This document shows positions 62,676 to 64,000 of a DNA stretch of 64,000 nucleotides, piece after piece. The position numbers and the translations under genes were made by a program. The DNA lies in assembly GCA_963767925.1 (NCBI GenBank), contig CAVYGB010000002.1, positions 96,001 to 160,000 on the forward strand. Direction: 5' to 3'. Every line of letters starts with the position of its first letter. Position 1 is the stretch's first letter. Origin of the DNA: an uncultured delta proteobacterium. Lineage in GTDB: Bacteria > Myxococcota_A > Polyangia > Fen-1088. Below the pieces are notes generated by a model that worked only from the letters and a program-made list of their open reading frames with translations, made no database searches and had not been told where the DNA came from.

Positions 62676-64000
62676 CTGACCCTGCGAGAAGGGGCCCGGC
62701 CCTCGCCGCCCGAGGGCGGCCCGATCGAACCGGCGGCGCTGTTTCACGGCGGCGGCGAGCTCGGCGAGCGCATGCGTGCGCTCGACTGGGCCAGCACGCC
62801 GCTGGGCCCGGTCGCGCACTGGCCCCAGAGCCTCAAGACCTGCGTGCGGATCATCCTCACCTCCCGCCAGCCGATGTTCGTCTGGTGGGGGGAGCAGCTC
62901 ATCAACCTCTACAACGACGCCTACAAGAGCATCGTCGGCGGCAAACACCCCCTCGCCCTGGGCCAGCCCGCCTCCCAGGTCTGGCGCGAGATCTGGGACC
63001 AGGTCGGCCCGCGGGCCGAGCGGGCCATGCGCGGCAACGAGGGGACCTACGACGAGGCCCTGCTCCTCATCATGGAGCGCCACGGCTACCAGGAGGAGAC
63101 CTACTACACCTTCTCGTACAGCCCGGTCCCCAACGAGCAGGGGGGGACCGGCGGGATCCTCTGCGCCAACACCGACGACACCCGCCGCATCATCGGCGAG
63201 CGCCGGCTGGCGCTGCTGCGCCGGCTCGCCGCCGGCACCGCCGACGCCCGCCGCATCGACGGCGCCTGCTCGGAGGCGGCGCGGGCCCTCGCCACAAACC
63301 CGAAGGACCTCCCCTTCGCCCTCATCTACCTGGTGGGGAGCGAGCCCGAGGCCGCCGTCCTGCGCGGCGCCGCCGGCATCTCCCCCGGCCACCCCGCTGC
63401 CCCCGCCCGCCTCGACCTCGGCGGCGCCAGCCCCTGGCCCCTGATCGAGGTGCTGCGCAGCCAGACTCCGCAGGTGGTCGAGAACCTCGCCGCCCTCCTC
63501 CCCGATCTGCCCCTCGATCCCTGGGCCCGGGCCCCGGCCCGGGCGGTGGCCTGGCCGATGTCGCCTTCGGGCGGCAGCGGGCAAGCGGGCGTGCTGGTGG
63601 TGGGGCTCAACCCCTTCCGCCTCTTCGACGACGACTACCGCAGCTTCGTCTCCCTGGTGGCGGGCCAGATCGCGGCCAGCGTGGCCAACGCCCAGGCCTA
63701 CCAGGAGGAACGGCGCCGGGCCGAGGCCCTGGCCGCGCTCGATCGGGCCAAGACCGCCTTCTTCTCCAACGTGAGCCACGAGTTCCGCACGCCGCTGACC
63801 CTCATCCTCGGCCCCCAGGAGGACGCCCTCGCCTCTCCGGCGGGCGCGCTCGGCGGCGAGAGCCTGAAAACGGTCTACCGCAACACGCTCCGGCTGCTGA
63901 AGCTGGTCAACACCCTGCTCGACTTCTCCCGCATCGAGGCGGGGCGGGCCCAGGCCGCCTACCAGCCGACCGACCTGCCCGCCCTGACCCGCGATCTGGC
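62676..64000 (+). CDS. PAS-like/GAF sensor histidine kinase; runs off the window end; start uncertain
   Basis: DWASTPLGP..WPQSLK...PMFVWWG...YNDAY; EETYYTFSYSP; FFSNVSHEFRTPLTL. Confidence 0.9.
   Translation, partial: MTLREGARPSPPEGGPIEPAALFHGGGELGERMRALDWASTPLGPVAHWPQSLKTCVRIILTSRQPMFVWWGEQLINLYNDAYKSIVGGKHPLALGQPASQVWREIWDQVGPRAERAMRGNEGTYDEALLLIMERHGYQEETYYTFSYSPVPNEQGGTGGILCANTDDTRRIIGERRLALLRRLAAGTADARRIDGACSEAARALATNPKDLPFALIYLVGSEPEAAVLRGAAGISPGHPAAPARLDLGGASPWPLIEVLRSQTPQVVENLAALLPDLPLDPWARAPARAVAWPMSPSGGSGQAGVLVVGLNPFRLFDDDYRSFVSLVAGQIAASVANAQAYQEERRRAEALAALDRAKTAFFSNVSHEFRTPLTLILGPQEDALASPAGALGGESLKTVYRNTLRLLKLVNTLLDFSRIEAGRAQAAYQPTDLPALTRDL

Overview
Very GC-rich bacterial DNA. 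Gene content (lipoproteins, hybrid kinases, CotH, VIT, RAYT-type transposase, REP-like palindromes) suggests Myxococcota/Polyangia; this is inferred, not shown. Most of the window is accessory or housekeeping: a split dcw cluster (mraY-murD-ftsW ... murG), signalling kinases, carbohydrate enzymes, several frameshifted or truncated genes, and many repeats. The standout is a compact candidate RiPP locus at about 25.8-29.5 kb. It has a PqqD/RRE protein and an S24/S26 peptidase on the minus strand, divergent from a radical SAM/SPASM enzyme, an HPr-kinase-like P-loop protein and a 60-aa precursor-like peptide (leader motif YEKPxV, three Cys, C-terminal Ser) that the ORF track hides inside a longer ORF. 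Next to it is a stand-alone, Cys-free rpsD paralog with a Fur/Zur-like box. A second unusual locus is a RAYT-like HUH transposase surrounded by a G-rich tract, a hairpin, a 41-bp tandem array, a strand-specific three-way-junction element and a hexamer microsatellite. All calls come from motif reading by eye; no database searches were run.
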